From the NCBI RefSeq assembly GCF_000142905.1, contig NW_013657642.1, positions 3,688-67,687 of the forward strand: 64,000 bases of DNA, read 5' to 3'. Source of the stretch: Thecamonas trahens ATCC 50062. Taxonomy: Eukaryota > Protista > Apusomonadida. The notes beneath the pieces were generated by a model. The model was not told where the DNA came from. It did not search any database and saw only the letters and a list, made by a program, of their open reading frames with translations. This document shows positions 53,801-63,721 of this stretch, one piece after another (positions within the stretch are counted from its first letter, which is position 1; the number at the start of each line of letters is the position of its first letter). A program made the translations under genes and the position numbers.

Positions 53801-56393
53801 ATTGCGACAAGAACGGCAAGCTTGTCCGCGATCCCAAGGTTGTCTGCGGCTCGGCCGAATGGAAGTCGACTTTCCTCCCGCTTGCCATCGTCTCGCTTGT
53901 TGTTTACGGTGTCGGCATTCCGCTGCTCTTCTTCTCGGTCCTCTTTGTCGCGCGCGCCTCGCTCTTTCGCGAACTCACCATTGTCAAGTACGGCCTCCTC
54001 TACCGCCGCTACAAGCCGCGGTTCTTCCAGTGGGAGCTGGTCATTCTCTGCCGCAAGCTCTTCATTGTCATTGCCATCTTTCTCTTCCCGCACACCCCGC
54101 TGGCGCAGGCCTTTATCGCCCTGCTCTCGATCTCACTCTCGGGCGCCGCTCACGTCTACGCCCAGCCGTATCTCACCCGTCGGGTCAACCGTCTCGAGAC
54201 GCTCTGCCTCATCTGCTCGGACGTGGTGCTTGTCTGTGGCCTCATGCTCCTCGCTGCTGCCGAGTCGTCGAGCAACGCGCTTGTCACCTTTATCGGCATC
54301 GTTGTCATCCTTGTTGTCTGCCTCAACGTCATTGTCGTGCTCTCAGTCGTCGGCCAGGAGATCCGATATCAGTACCGGCGGGTGGCCCATGGCGTCCAGG
54401 GCGGCTTTGCCTCGGACGAGGTCGCGCTCTCCGACACCTTTTTCGCTGTCGACGCCTACGTCCGGACCCACGTCCGCAACCTTATGGGTACCGTCTCCAC
54501 CCTCATCGTCGAGTCGCAATACTTTGCCAAGGTCACCGCCGAGCTCTGTAACGAGACCGGTACCTACCTCGGTGACTTTAACGACCGTGGACATGTCCAA
54601 GTCCAGTCTGACGGCTACACCCACGTCATCATCGCCATGTTCAACACGCCCGGTCGGTACATGCTCCGCATCTTTGCGCCACGGGAGGCACACATCGGCA
54701 AGTCTTCGGCGCGGCTCGGCCGCTACGCCTCGGCCCTCAAGATCGACTCTCCAAACGGAAAAGACAATGTGGGTGCCGATGTCGACGCCGACTATCCAGA
54801 CCCTCTTCCGATCAACCTCCGCCCCGACGACGACGACGACGACCGACGCGGGCCCATCCGCTACCTCCGCCACTCTTTGGCGAGGTCTGTGCCGCTTACG
54901 ACACCGGGCAGGGCGACTGCATGATGTCATTTTCGATGAACTGCGACGCGTTGCCGCCGTCGCGAGTCACCTTCCTGGAGCCGCTGCCTGAACTCGAGGA
55001 GCGATCGGGCGTCGTTCTCCATCCCCTCTTCAAGGAAGTCTCGCGCTCGGCCTCGACCTATTTTGCCATCAAGGTCCCCGGCGCTACCAACGTGGTCATC
55101 GCCCGCGACCAGCCGTACGAGCTCACCGACGGCGTTGAACTTGTCTGCTCGGGCAGCCAAGAGTACGCCAAGGTGGCGCGCACCCGCAAGCTCGACGGCA
55201 TCACCATCCCGGGCTCCAAGTACATCTTTGAAGGCCACGCCACATTCACGTCGCCGGGCCCCATCTATGTGTGGGCGCGAACCGTGACCATGAACCACGA
55301 CGATGCCACCGGCCAGATCATCACCAACGTCTCACCCTTTTTCCCCTGCGTCGAGTTTGAGGTGCTTTCCGGCCGCGCCGGATGGGACGACCTTGCAGGC
55401 GAGTTTGGCGACGATGCCGTGCTCGACGTCATGCTCGCCGGAGACGACGGTGGCGTCGCGCTCGAGTCGTTGCCCGAGGGCGCCGAGCCTGCTGTCCGCG
55501 ATCCCGAGTTTGACTCTCGCCGTGGCATGCTCTACGCCCCGCTCGCCCACAGGCTCCCTGTCGGTCGCACTGCATCCGTCATTGAGTTCCGGCTCAAGCT
55601 CCCCGGCGCTGTCGCAGTGGTGGTCTCCAAGACCAAGCCTGTCGGGCCAAACGATGGCATAGTCTTGTTCAAGACCTCGGACGGCGTCTTTGCTGCAAGC
55701 CTCGATCCAAGTGCAAACAACGCGCCGATCGACACGTCACCCGGCTTGGTCTATGTCTGGGCGCAGCTAACTGATACGCCCCGCGTGTCGCCACGGTCGG
55801 CCCCGAGCACGCCGATGTCACCCGCGCCGGCTAGCCTACCGGCAACACCTGCGCCGTCGGTGGCAGATCCGCCCCTGTCGCGGCAGTCTGCGCGAATGAC
55901 CGCATCGTCCAATTTTGTCTCGATCCTCGATGACGTTGACCTTGAATGTGAGCCCGAACCGCAGCCCGAGTCCATCGAAGTCGACGATGCCGAGTCACGC
56001 GCGCTCGACGCCCTGCTTGGCATCACCCCCGCACACACCGTTGGTCGGCCCGCCTACCCATCGTCTTCGGGTGCGCTTGATCCGTCAACCTCGGCCTTTC
56101 TCGCCGAGCTCACCGCGCCCAATCCGTCTGCCATGTCTGCGACTGCGAGCGCTGCCCCGAGCAAAGGCGCGGATGCTAGCTCGCCCGGTTCGTCCTCAGA
56201 CTCGGGGTCGGGCTCCGACTCGGGATCAAGCACGGCCTCTGACACCGCACCGGATGCAGCTGGTGTTGGAGCCAAGACAGGCCCACCACCGACCGACCGC
56301 GCTTCGGTCTCCAGCTTTCTTTTCCTCACATCCAAGCCACAGATTCGCGAGTTTGTGCCGATCATCACCTACCTCTTCACCGAGAGCGGGTGA
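50823..56393 (+). CDS. large (~1850 aa) multi-pass receptor-like protein: LamG, cadherin-like, Cys-rich, multi-TM, cytosolic beta-rich repeats; frame breaks at ~51660, ~52782 and ~54868
   Basis: Signal peptide; LamG-like LYTFTETSGSTVVDRSG...AIEVW...WPGTIYTVAIYDGPLS; VDFE...TVTDVDEP; CEACAPGTY; TM block with KYGLLYRRYKPRFFQWELVILCRKL and AQPYLTRRVNRLE; four consecutive ORFs join by single-base shifts. Confidence 0.75.
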
Positions 56394-56428
56394 CATGACA
56401 TCGATTGAAAGACAGCATTCTGGGCACT

Positions 56429-59400
56429 TTACTTTCCAGCGGTCTTACCAACGCCAGCAGTGGCATCGGCAGCGGTGACCTTGGCTTTCTTGGCTTTCGC
56501 CTTGGTCTTGGCCTTTGCTTTCTTGGCCTTTGCTTTGGCTTTGTCCTTGTCCTTGTCCTTGGCCTTGTCCTTGGCCTTGTCCTTGTCCTTGGCCTTGGCC
56601 TTGCCCTTGGCCTTGTCCTTGTTCTTGGCCTTGGCCTTGGCCTTCTTGGCTTTCCCCTTGGTCTTGTCCTTGTCCTTGTCCTTGTTCTTCGACTTGCTCG
56701 TCTCGCTCTTGGACGAGAACGGACCACGGTGCGGGCCGGACGGCAAGTCTGCGCCCGAGTTCTTGGCAGCGAGGCGGGCTTTCTTGACGTAGTGGCGGAG
56801 GGCGGCGACCCAGTCGTTGCGCTCTTTCTCTGTTGCGGCGTCGAGGTCGAGCGAGTCGCCATCTGCGGTGAGAACAGAGAACGAGCGGTGCTGCTGCTCG
56901 AGCTTGCCCGACTTGGAGAAGGTCTCTGTCACCTGGCCCTTAACAACGTCAATGATCTGGGTCATGTCGATGGCGCCGCCGGACGACGAGCGAGAGAGCG
57001 GCGGCGGGGCCGAGGTGGCGCCAAGCGAGACAAGGTTGTCCGACGATGAGATGCGAGTCTTGTACACAAGAGTAAAGACATTGTCAGCGATGACGCAGGC
57101 GACAAAGACCGGCTTAGTCTTGCCCTTGGTGTGAAGGGTAAACTGGTTCCCCGAGGTGATGCGCTTCCGCATGCGGAACTCGAGGACCATAGATGAGGTG
57201 TCTGAGCCGCCCGCAAACGACGACTTGAGGTCGACGGCAAGGTTGCCGATGGTGGCGAGCTTGCGGTTGGCGGCCTTGAACTCCTTCGACGTCATGTGCT
57301 GCGACGACGACATGGACGAGATGCGCGCGAGCGTCGACGAGAGCGAGTCAAGCACCTCGTTCATGGCCGGAGAGTCGACACCGGTGCCGTCGGCGCGAGC
57401 ATCGAGCAGTCGCCCGAGGATAAACGCGAGGTTGGTCCGCATGTTGAGAATGTGCGACTTGCGGGCTGACGAGAGGGACTCGAGACAGGCGTCGAGCGGC
57501 GGGCGCGTGGCCGGGTCGATGCAGTTGGCGGCCGGCTCTGAGACGGCGCGAAGAAACTGGGTCATGCTTGCAAAGTGCGAGGCAAGGACCGGATTGATGA
57601 CCACCAGCATCGGGTTCTTCCGCCCGTCAAACAGTAGCATGTTGCCGATCTTTTGCAGGGCGCGCGCGAGCGTTCGGTACAGCGGCTTGTTCATCGGCAC
57701 CTCGGCGTCGATGCCGTAGACCTTTGGCGTGAGAAGGGCCGGCGCAAAGAAGCGGAGAATGACAAAGGCCGAGACGGCCTGGAGGGCGAGAGCGTCGCGG
57801 GCCGAGGCACGGCCTGCGGCCCGCGCGCCGACCGGGCTGCCGCCGGCCTGTGCACTCGACGCCGATGCCGACGCCGATGCCGACTCGGTGTCCGAGTACG
57901 AGTACGAGTCCGAGTACGAGTAGCCTGACGACGACGATGACGACAGCGAGGTTTCGGTGTCTGTGGCGGGATGTGCAGCGGTGCTCCCGGCGGCTGGCCC
58001 CGCCGCCGCTGGGCGGTCGAGTACGATGCGGTAGACCCGGGCAAAGAGCTCGCGGAGGATGCGCGGCATCGAGTTGATCGAGGCAAAGATGACGCCAAGC
58101 AGGTCGTTGATGGCGGTGGTGAGGAGGGCGAGGGCAGCTTCGCCGCCGGTGGCCAGGTCAAACTCGGCCGAGGGCGGGCAGAGAGTAGCGAGCCGCTCAA
58201 AGAGCGAGCCGTAGATGTCGGCAAGGAGGGGCCGCCGGCGCGGCGGAGAAGGTGTGAAACAGCGAGCGAGGAGATGGTGTTGGCGCGGAAAATGGTTGAG
58301 GAGTGGGCCCGGACCGAGGCAACGTCGATCGAGAGCAGGACGTCGAGCATGTCGATGAGCCGGCCGTCGGCCTTGCCGGTCTGCGGGTGGGTTCGGAAGA
58401 GGGCGAGGCCGACGTCGACAAGAGCGGTGGCCATGGACTTGGACGAGATGGTAAGCGAGCAGAGGAGGCGGACGGCGGCATGGTCGTCGCATCCAGGTCC
58501 ACCAAACAGCAGCTCGCAGAGCGGCTTGTACTCGAGGAGCGGGAGCGTGATGTCTTCGGTGTACATAAACTTGACCTTGACCCGGCCAAAGGCTCCGGGC
58601 AGTGCAGGGTAGCCCGAGTACGAGACCTCGTCGTAGACCCGCGGGTTGAGCTTGAGCCAGCAGTCCTGGACCACGTTTGGCTGCAAGTCGGAGAGAGGAA
58701 AGACGACCTGGCCTAGGAAAGCATCCTTGTTCCGCCTCACCACATGGTTGACGAGCACGGTGAACGAGGCAACCTTGTCTTCGTCGACCGGCACCACAAA
58801 CCGCTCGTTGAACTGCGGGTGGGTTGTTCCCTTGACCACCTTGGTCTTGTGGACGGTGTCGCCGATGCAGATCGAGACACACGGATTGGCGGCCGAGCCC
58901 TCTCGCGGCGCGAGGTTCGACGCCTCCAGCACCTGTAGGTGCAGCGCGTCGGGCTTGCCCGGGTGTGACTTGGCGTAGAGGAGCTTGACGTGGACCTCGC
59001 CCGAGACGTGGTGCTTGGACGACGTCGTCTTGGGCTGCAGATTGTACTCGGACTGGACAACCACACCCGAATTCATGTCGCGGAGCGGGAGCTCGACGTA
59101 TCCAAGCACGCGGTCCTTCTTCTTGCGCTCCTGAGCAAGCGTGATGAGAAAAACCTCAAAGTTGGGTCGTCCCGGTGAGAGCGCAAAAGTCTTGCCGGCA
59201 AACGAGGCGTAGAGCCCGGTTCGCGTGCTAGACGCCAGTGACGAGCGCCGCGAGCCGTCCGACTCGATGATCGCGGTGAGGAGGTCGTCTGACTTGTTGC
59301 GCATGACCGGCGACGGCGCGTCCGAGTCTCGGCGTGTCGGCGTGAGCAGCGCCGACGTGACTTCGACCGACGGCTCGGCGGTCGGGTCCGACGGCATGAT

Positions 59401-59966
59401 CCTGCGTGGCGTCACCGGAATGCTGGACGTCATTGGCGACGGCGGCGATACTGGTTCCGAGACTATCGCGCTGTTGCGCGGCGTCGAGTGGCCCGACGCC
59501 ATCAGCTTGCTTGCCGAGCCGGTTTTGGTAAAGGTGTGCAGCTTTTTGGTGTCGGTCCGCGCGTACAACCCGCCGCCCGAGACCGAGCAGTAGACCATGC
59601 CCTTGGAGGCCTTGGACGAGCCGGCGGCCGCCGACGTCGACGGCAGGATGACCCGCTTGATCTCGATCGAGAGCTTGCGGTCGATGAGAGAAGCTGCGCC
59701 CATGCGCGCGATGAACGACGAGTTCTTGCGCTTGACCAGAAACGGGCGGTTTGGCGTCTTGGGCTTCATCCCGCTCGGAATTACCGGCGACGCCACCCGC
59801 GCCGGCATCGAGCTCGCTGCCAGCCCGTCCTCGAGTGAGGACGATGACGAGTACGACGACTTGAACGAGGCTTCGTCACCGGCAGACGGCGGGCCAGCCA
59901 TGGCAGCAGGACGCATCGTCGTTGTCGGCAACAGCACCTCTTCCGACGCCGACGCCGACTCAGACA

Positions 59967-59999
<33 letters not shown>

Positions 60000-60383
60000 C
60001 CACTGTGTTAGGCCGGGGATGGATGTACGCGGGCGTGGGAGCAGAGGAGTGGGATGAAGACGAGGATGCCGATGCGGAAGCCGAGGACGTTGAGCTGGAC
60101 GACGATCCCGACGTCGATGACGAGCTCGACGATGAACATGAACTCGAGTCTGATCCCGAGTCTGATCCCGAGTCTGATCCCGAGTCCGAGCCCGATAGCA
60201 CACAAGGAAGCAGCTGCGGCGATGAGACCGGGGTGACGCGAGTGGGTGTGGGCGGCTCGATCGAGACCTGGACCTTCTCATCGCGCGGGCCATGGCGGAA
60301 TACGTCCTCGTCAGCAACGGGAGGCACTTTTTCAGGGAGCGGCGGGTGAGGAGGGCTGGCTCCGGCAGCCACCACCTCAGCGA

Positions 60384-60420
<37 letters not shown>

Positions 60421-60510
60421 GGTAGGGATAGGGGTAGTGGTGGTGGTGGTGGTGGTGGTGGTAGGCTTTGCAGGCATGGGTGGCGGGGTGGACGAGGCCG
60501 ACATGGCCAT
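56429..60510 (-). CDS. GAP1-family RasGAP (C2-C2-RasGAP-PH) with long low-complexity termini; frame break at ~58230
   Basis: C2 LQVLEASNLA..TKVVKGTTHPQFNERF, arginine finger TIFRANT, VSAFVILRFFAPALLTPKVYGI, LQKIGN, PH ending LDLDAATEKERNDWVAALRH. Confidence 0.88.
56478..56690 (-). repeat. coding low-complexity K/D/A repeat (KDKAKAK...) at the RasGAP C-terminus
   Basis: Imperfect AAGGAC/AAGGCC hexamer run. Confidence 0.85.
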
Positions 60511-60648
60511 ATGGAGTGACAGCGGGAGGGGGGCGGAGGGGGGGGGAGGAGGGAGGGAGGGGGCGGAGGGGGGGGGGGGGGCGAGGGGGAGGGGAAGGGG
60601 CAGTCACTTATATTGCGTGGGTTCGTCGGTGGGGCTGGTCGCCTGGTT

Positions 60649-62712
60649 ATGGTCTGTGACTGCGCGTGCATGCGCTGGACGGGGATAGCGTTCAAGAAGA
60701 TTCTGGTGGCCAACCGGGGAGAGATTGCGGCGCGCGTGATGCGGTCGGCGGCGGCGATGAACACGGCGACGGTGGCGGTGCACTCGACGGCGGACGCCAA
60801 CTCGCTGCATGTCAAGATTGCCGATGAGGCGGTGTGCATTGGCCCGCCGCCGTCGGCCGAGTCGTATCTGCAGATGGATGCCATTCTGGAGGCGGCCAAG
60901 GCGACCGGCGCGCAGGCCATCCACCCGGGCTACGGCTTCCTCTCGGAGAACGCCGAGTTCTCGCGCAAGTGCACTGCTGAGGGCATTACCTTTATCGGCC
61001 CGCCGCCCGAGGCCATGATTGCCATGGCCTCCAAGTCCAAGTCGAAGGAAATCATGGAGGCCGCCAACGTGCCGGTCGTTCCGGGCTACTACGGCGACGA
61101 CCAGAGCCTTGAGCGGCTGACCGCCGAGGCCAAGACCATCGGCTATCCGATCATGATCAAGGCCGTCATGGGCGGCGGTGGCAAGGGCATGCGCATTGTC
61201 CGGTCCGAGGCCGAGCTCGAGCGCTCGCTGGCGTCGGTCAAGTCCGAGTCGCTCTCGTCGTTTGGCGACGACGGCGTGCTCATCGAAAAGTACCTCGAGG
61301 TTCCGCGCCACATCGAGCTGCAGGTCTTTGCCGACACCCACGGCAACGTCGTGCACCTCTTTGAGCGCGACTGCTCGGTCCAGCGCCGCCACCAGAAGGT
61401 GCTGGAGGAGGCACCGGCGCCGGGCATGGACGAGGGCTGGCGCGCCGACATGGGCGCCGCCGCCGTCGCCGCCGCCAAGGCTGTCAACTACGTTGGTGCA
61501 GGCACCGTCGAGTTTATCGTCGACACCACCGACAACTCGTACTACTTTATGGAGATGAACACCCGCCTCCAGGTCGAGCACCCGGTCACCGAAATGATCA
61601 CCGGTCAGGACCTGGTCCAGCTCCAGCTCCAGGTTGCCGCCGGCGCCACCTTGCCGTTTGAGCAGGACGATCTCGCCATCAACGGCCATGCCATCGAGGC
61701 CCGCATCTACGCCGAGGATCCCGACAACGACTTTCTGCCCGGCACCGGCACCCTCGAGCACCTCGACCCGCCGCCGGTCTCCGACTCGGTCCGCGTCGAC
61801 ACCGGTGTGGTTCAGGGTGACGAGATCTCCGTCTTCTACGACCCCATGATTGCCAAGCTCATCGTGTGGGCACCTGACCGCGCCGCCGCCCTCGCCAAGC
61901 TCGGGCACGCCCTCGACGACTACCACATTGTCGGCCTCAAGACCAACATTCCCTTTGTCCGCTCCATCCTCGACCACCCGGCCTTTGCCGACGCCACCGG
62001 CCTCGAGACCGGCTTCATCCCCAAGTACGGCGATGACCTCCTGGCCCCGCGGCCTATCGCGCCGACCGCGCACGCCATGGCTGCCCTTGCCTCGGCCCTC
62101 GCCGCAGACCCCGGTCTGGCCCACGGCGCCACCTCGGTCCTCGGCGCCTCCTCGCCCTGGGCCACCGAGGCCGGCTTCCGCCCCAACCACGACCGCACCG
62201 CCTCGCTCGCCCTCGGCGACGTCGACGTTCACATCACCACCAACACCGTCGGCGGCGTCCCGCGCCACTTTACCATCACCGTCGGCGACGAGGTCTTCGA
62301 GAACGTCACCGGCGAGTACGACGTTGAGACAGGCGCCCTCGTCGCCCGCATGGGCAACAACACCCTCAAGGCCAAGGTCGTCTTTGAAGCCGCAGGCACG
62401 GCTGTTCACCTCTTTTCCGGACCCACACGCGTCGCCTTTGACCTGCCGCGGCCCGAGTTCCTCGACGCCACCCTCGCCGGCTCAGCAGGCTCGCTCAACG
62501 CGCCCATGCCTGGCAAGATCCTGCAGGTCCTCGTCAAGCCCGGCGACGCTGTCGTTGCCGACCAGCCGCTCGTCGTCATGGAGGCCATGAAGATGGAGCA
62601 CACCATCTGCGCCACCCGCGACGGCGTAGTCTCGGCTGTCTCGTTCTCGCCGAACGACATTGTCGACAAGGACGCCATCCTTGTCGAGCTCGAGGCCGAG
62701 GATGAGGAGTAA
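60649..62712 (+). CDS. MCCC1: methylcrotonoyl-CoA carboxylase alpha (biotin carboxylase plus biotin carrier); 5' end unresolved
   Basis: FKKILVANRGEIA, HPGYGFLSEN, GGGGKGMR, HLFERDCSVQRRHQK, FMEMNTRLQVEHPVTE, GHAIEARIYAEDP, YDPMIAKL, biotin site EAMKME. Confidence 0.88.
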   Translation: MVCDCACMRWTGIAFKKILVANRGEIAARVMRSAAAMNTATVAVHSTADANSLHVKIADEAVCIGPPPSAESYLQMDAILEAAKATGAQAIHPGYGFLSENAEFSRKCTAEGITFIGPPPEAMIAMASKSKSKEIMEAANVPVVPGYYGDDQSLERLTAEAKTIGYPIMIKAVMGGGGKGMRIVRSEAELERSLASVKSESLSSFGDDGVLIEKYLEVPRHIELQVFADTHGNVVHLFERDCSVQRRHQKVLEEAPAPGMDEGWRADMGAAAVAAAKAVNYVGAGTVEFIVDTTDNSYYFMEMNTRLQVEHPVTEMITGQDLVQLQLQVAAGATLPFEQDDLAINGHAIEARIYAEDPDNDFLPGTGTLEHLDPPPVSDSVRVDTGVVQGDEISVFYDPMIAKLIVWAPDRAAALAKLGHALDDYHIVGLKTNIPFVRSILDHPAFADATGLETGFIPKYGDDLLAPRPIAPTAHAMAALASALAADPGLAHGATSVLGASSPWATEAGFRPNHDRTASLALGDVDVHITTNTVGGVPRHFTITVGDEVFENVTGEYDVETGALVARMGNNTLKAKVVFEAAGTAVHLFSGPTRVAFDLPRPEFLDATLAGSAGSLNAPMPGKILQVLVKPGDAVVADQPLVVMEAMKMEHTICATRDGVVSAVSFSPNDIVDKDAILVELEAEDEE

Positions 62713-62728
62713 ATGCGCCTCCCGCCAC

Positions 62729-63721
62729 TCACTCGAGCCCGCCAGTGTCAATCAGCCAAGGCTCGTGGTCAAAGTCAAGCCCGAGCACGTCGCGGAGCTG
62801 GACGTGGATGCGGTAGGTGGTGACCAGATCAAGCGGGCCGTCCACCACAAACGCAAACGTGCCGGTTGCCGCCACAAAGTACCCATGTCCGTCCACAACG
62901 TATGTCGTGTCACCAAGCGAGACCACGCTCCATAGCGCCGTAAAGATCCACGGCACTGACTCGATGCCCGCCGCCAGCAGCTCCACCACCACCTCCATCG
63001 CCAGCGAGAACTGAAAGACAGCATGCTTCCGTGGAAAGTTGAGCGCAAACTTGATCGGTGCGAGCGCAGCCATCGGCGCCTGCAGCATGTGCAGCCGCCA
63101 CGGATCGTCTGCCGCCCACGGAAGCGGTGCCATTCCGTCACGAAAGCCTCGCATTGCCGCCGGCAGGCTCTCTACGCTGTACAGCTGCGCTGTCGCTAGC
63201 TCGTCTCTGCTGTTCCCAAACCCGAGCCGCATCTTGGCCATCACCACAGCGTCGGGCACCACGCCTGCCCGCCAAAGCGATGCCGTCGGATGCAGCAGCC
63301 CCCACCCAAGCACCATTCCGCCCAGCTCGAGCCGCATCTCTTCGGCCGGCCAGCCGAGCGCTTCGGCCACCACCTCGCGAGCATCGGCGATGGCAGCCGA
63401 GAGTGGGAGGACGACCACAACAGTCGTGCTTGGCGCCGAGATCACAATCTCGACGGGGCGCCTTGTCAGGAACGAGTCAAGCGCCATGATCATCCCTCGC
63501 CAGTCGGTATCCGCCACTCGTCCACCTTCAGGTGGCGCATGGATGGGCGCAATGGCGGTGTGTGCCAGGCGGATGCGGTAGATGCGGCGAAGAAGGAACG
63601 GATCGCGTGCTATGGAAGCCAGCCGGGTGCAGGTACATGCCACAGCCGCCAGGGAGGCTGGCGATGACACACCGAGTTGGACGAGGATGTGGTGGACGAG
63701 TTCTGTTGGAAGGCTCTCCAT
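62729..63721 (-). CDS. F-box protein with probable ubiquitin-like domain and beta-rich C-terminus
   Basis: MESLPTELVHHIL...LAAVACTCTRLASIARDPFL (F-box); IADAREVVAEALGWPAEEMRLELGG (Ubl-like). Confidence 0.75.
   Translation of the reverse strand: MESLPTELVHHILVQLGVSSPASLAAVACTCTRLASIARDPFLLRRIYRIRLAHTAIAPIHAPPEGGRVADTDWRGMIMALDSFLTRRPVEIVISAPSTTVVVVLPLSAAIADAREVVAEALGWPAEEMRLELGGMVLGWGLLHPTASLWRAGVVPDAVVMAKMRLGFGNSRDELATAQLYSVESLPAAMRGFRDGMAPLPWAADDPWRLHMLQAPMAALAPIKFALNFPRKHAVFQFSLAMEVVVELLAAGIESVPWIFTALWSVVSLGDTTYVVDGHGYFVAATGTFAFVVDGPLDLVTTYRIHVQLRDVLGLDFDHEPWLIDTGGLE

Noticed and set aside
3145-58231. Canonical -1 ribosomal frameshift signals or tiny introns as the cause of the frame breaks
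   Set aside because: No in-frame X XXY YYZ heptamer at the sites inspected and no GT-AG micro-introns. Conserved motifs need one base added, not bases removed.
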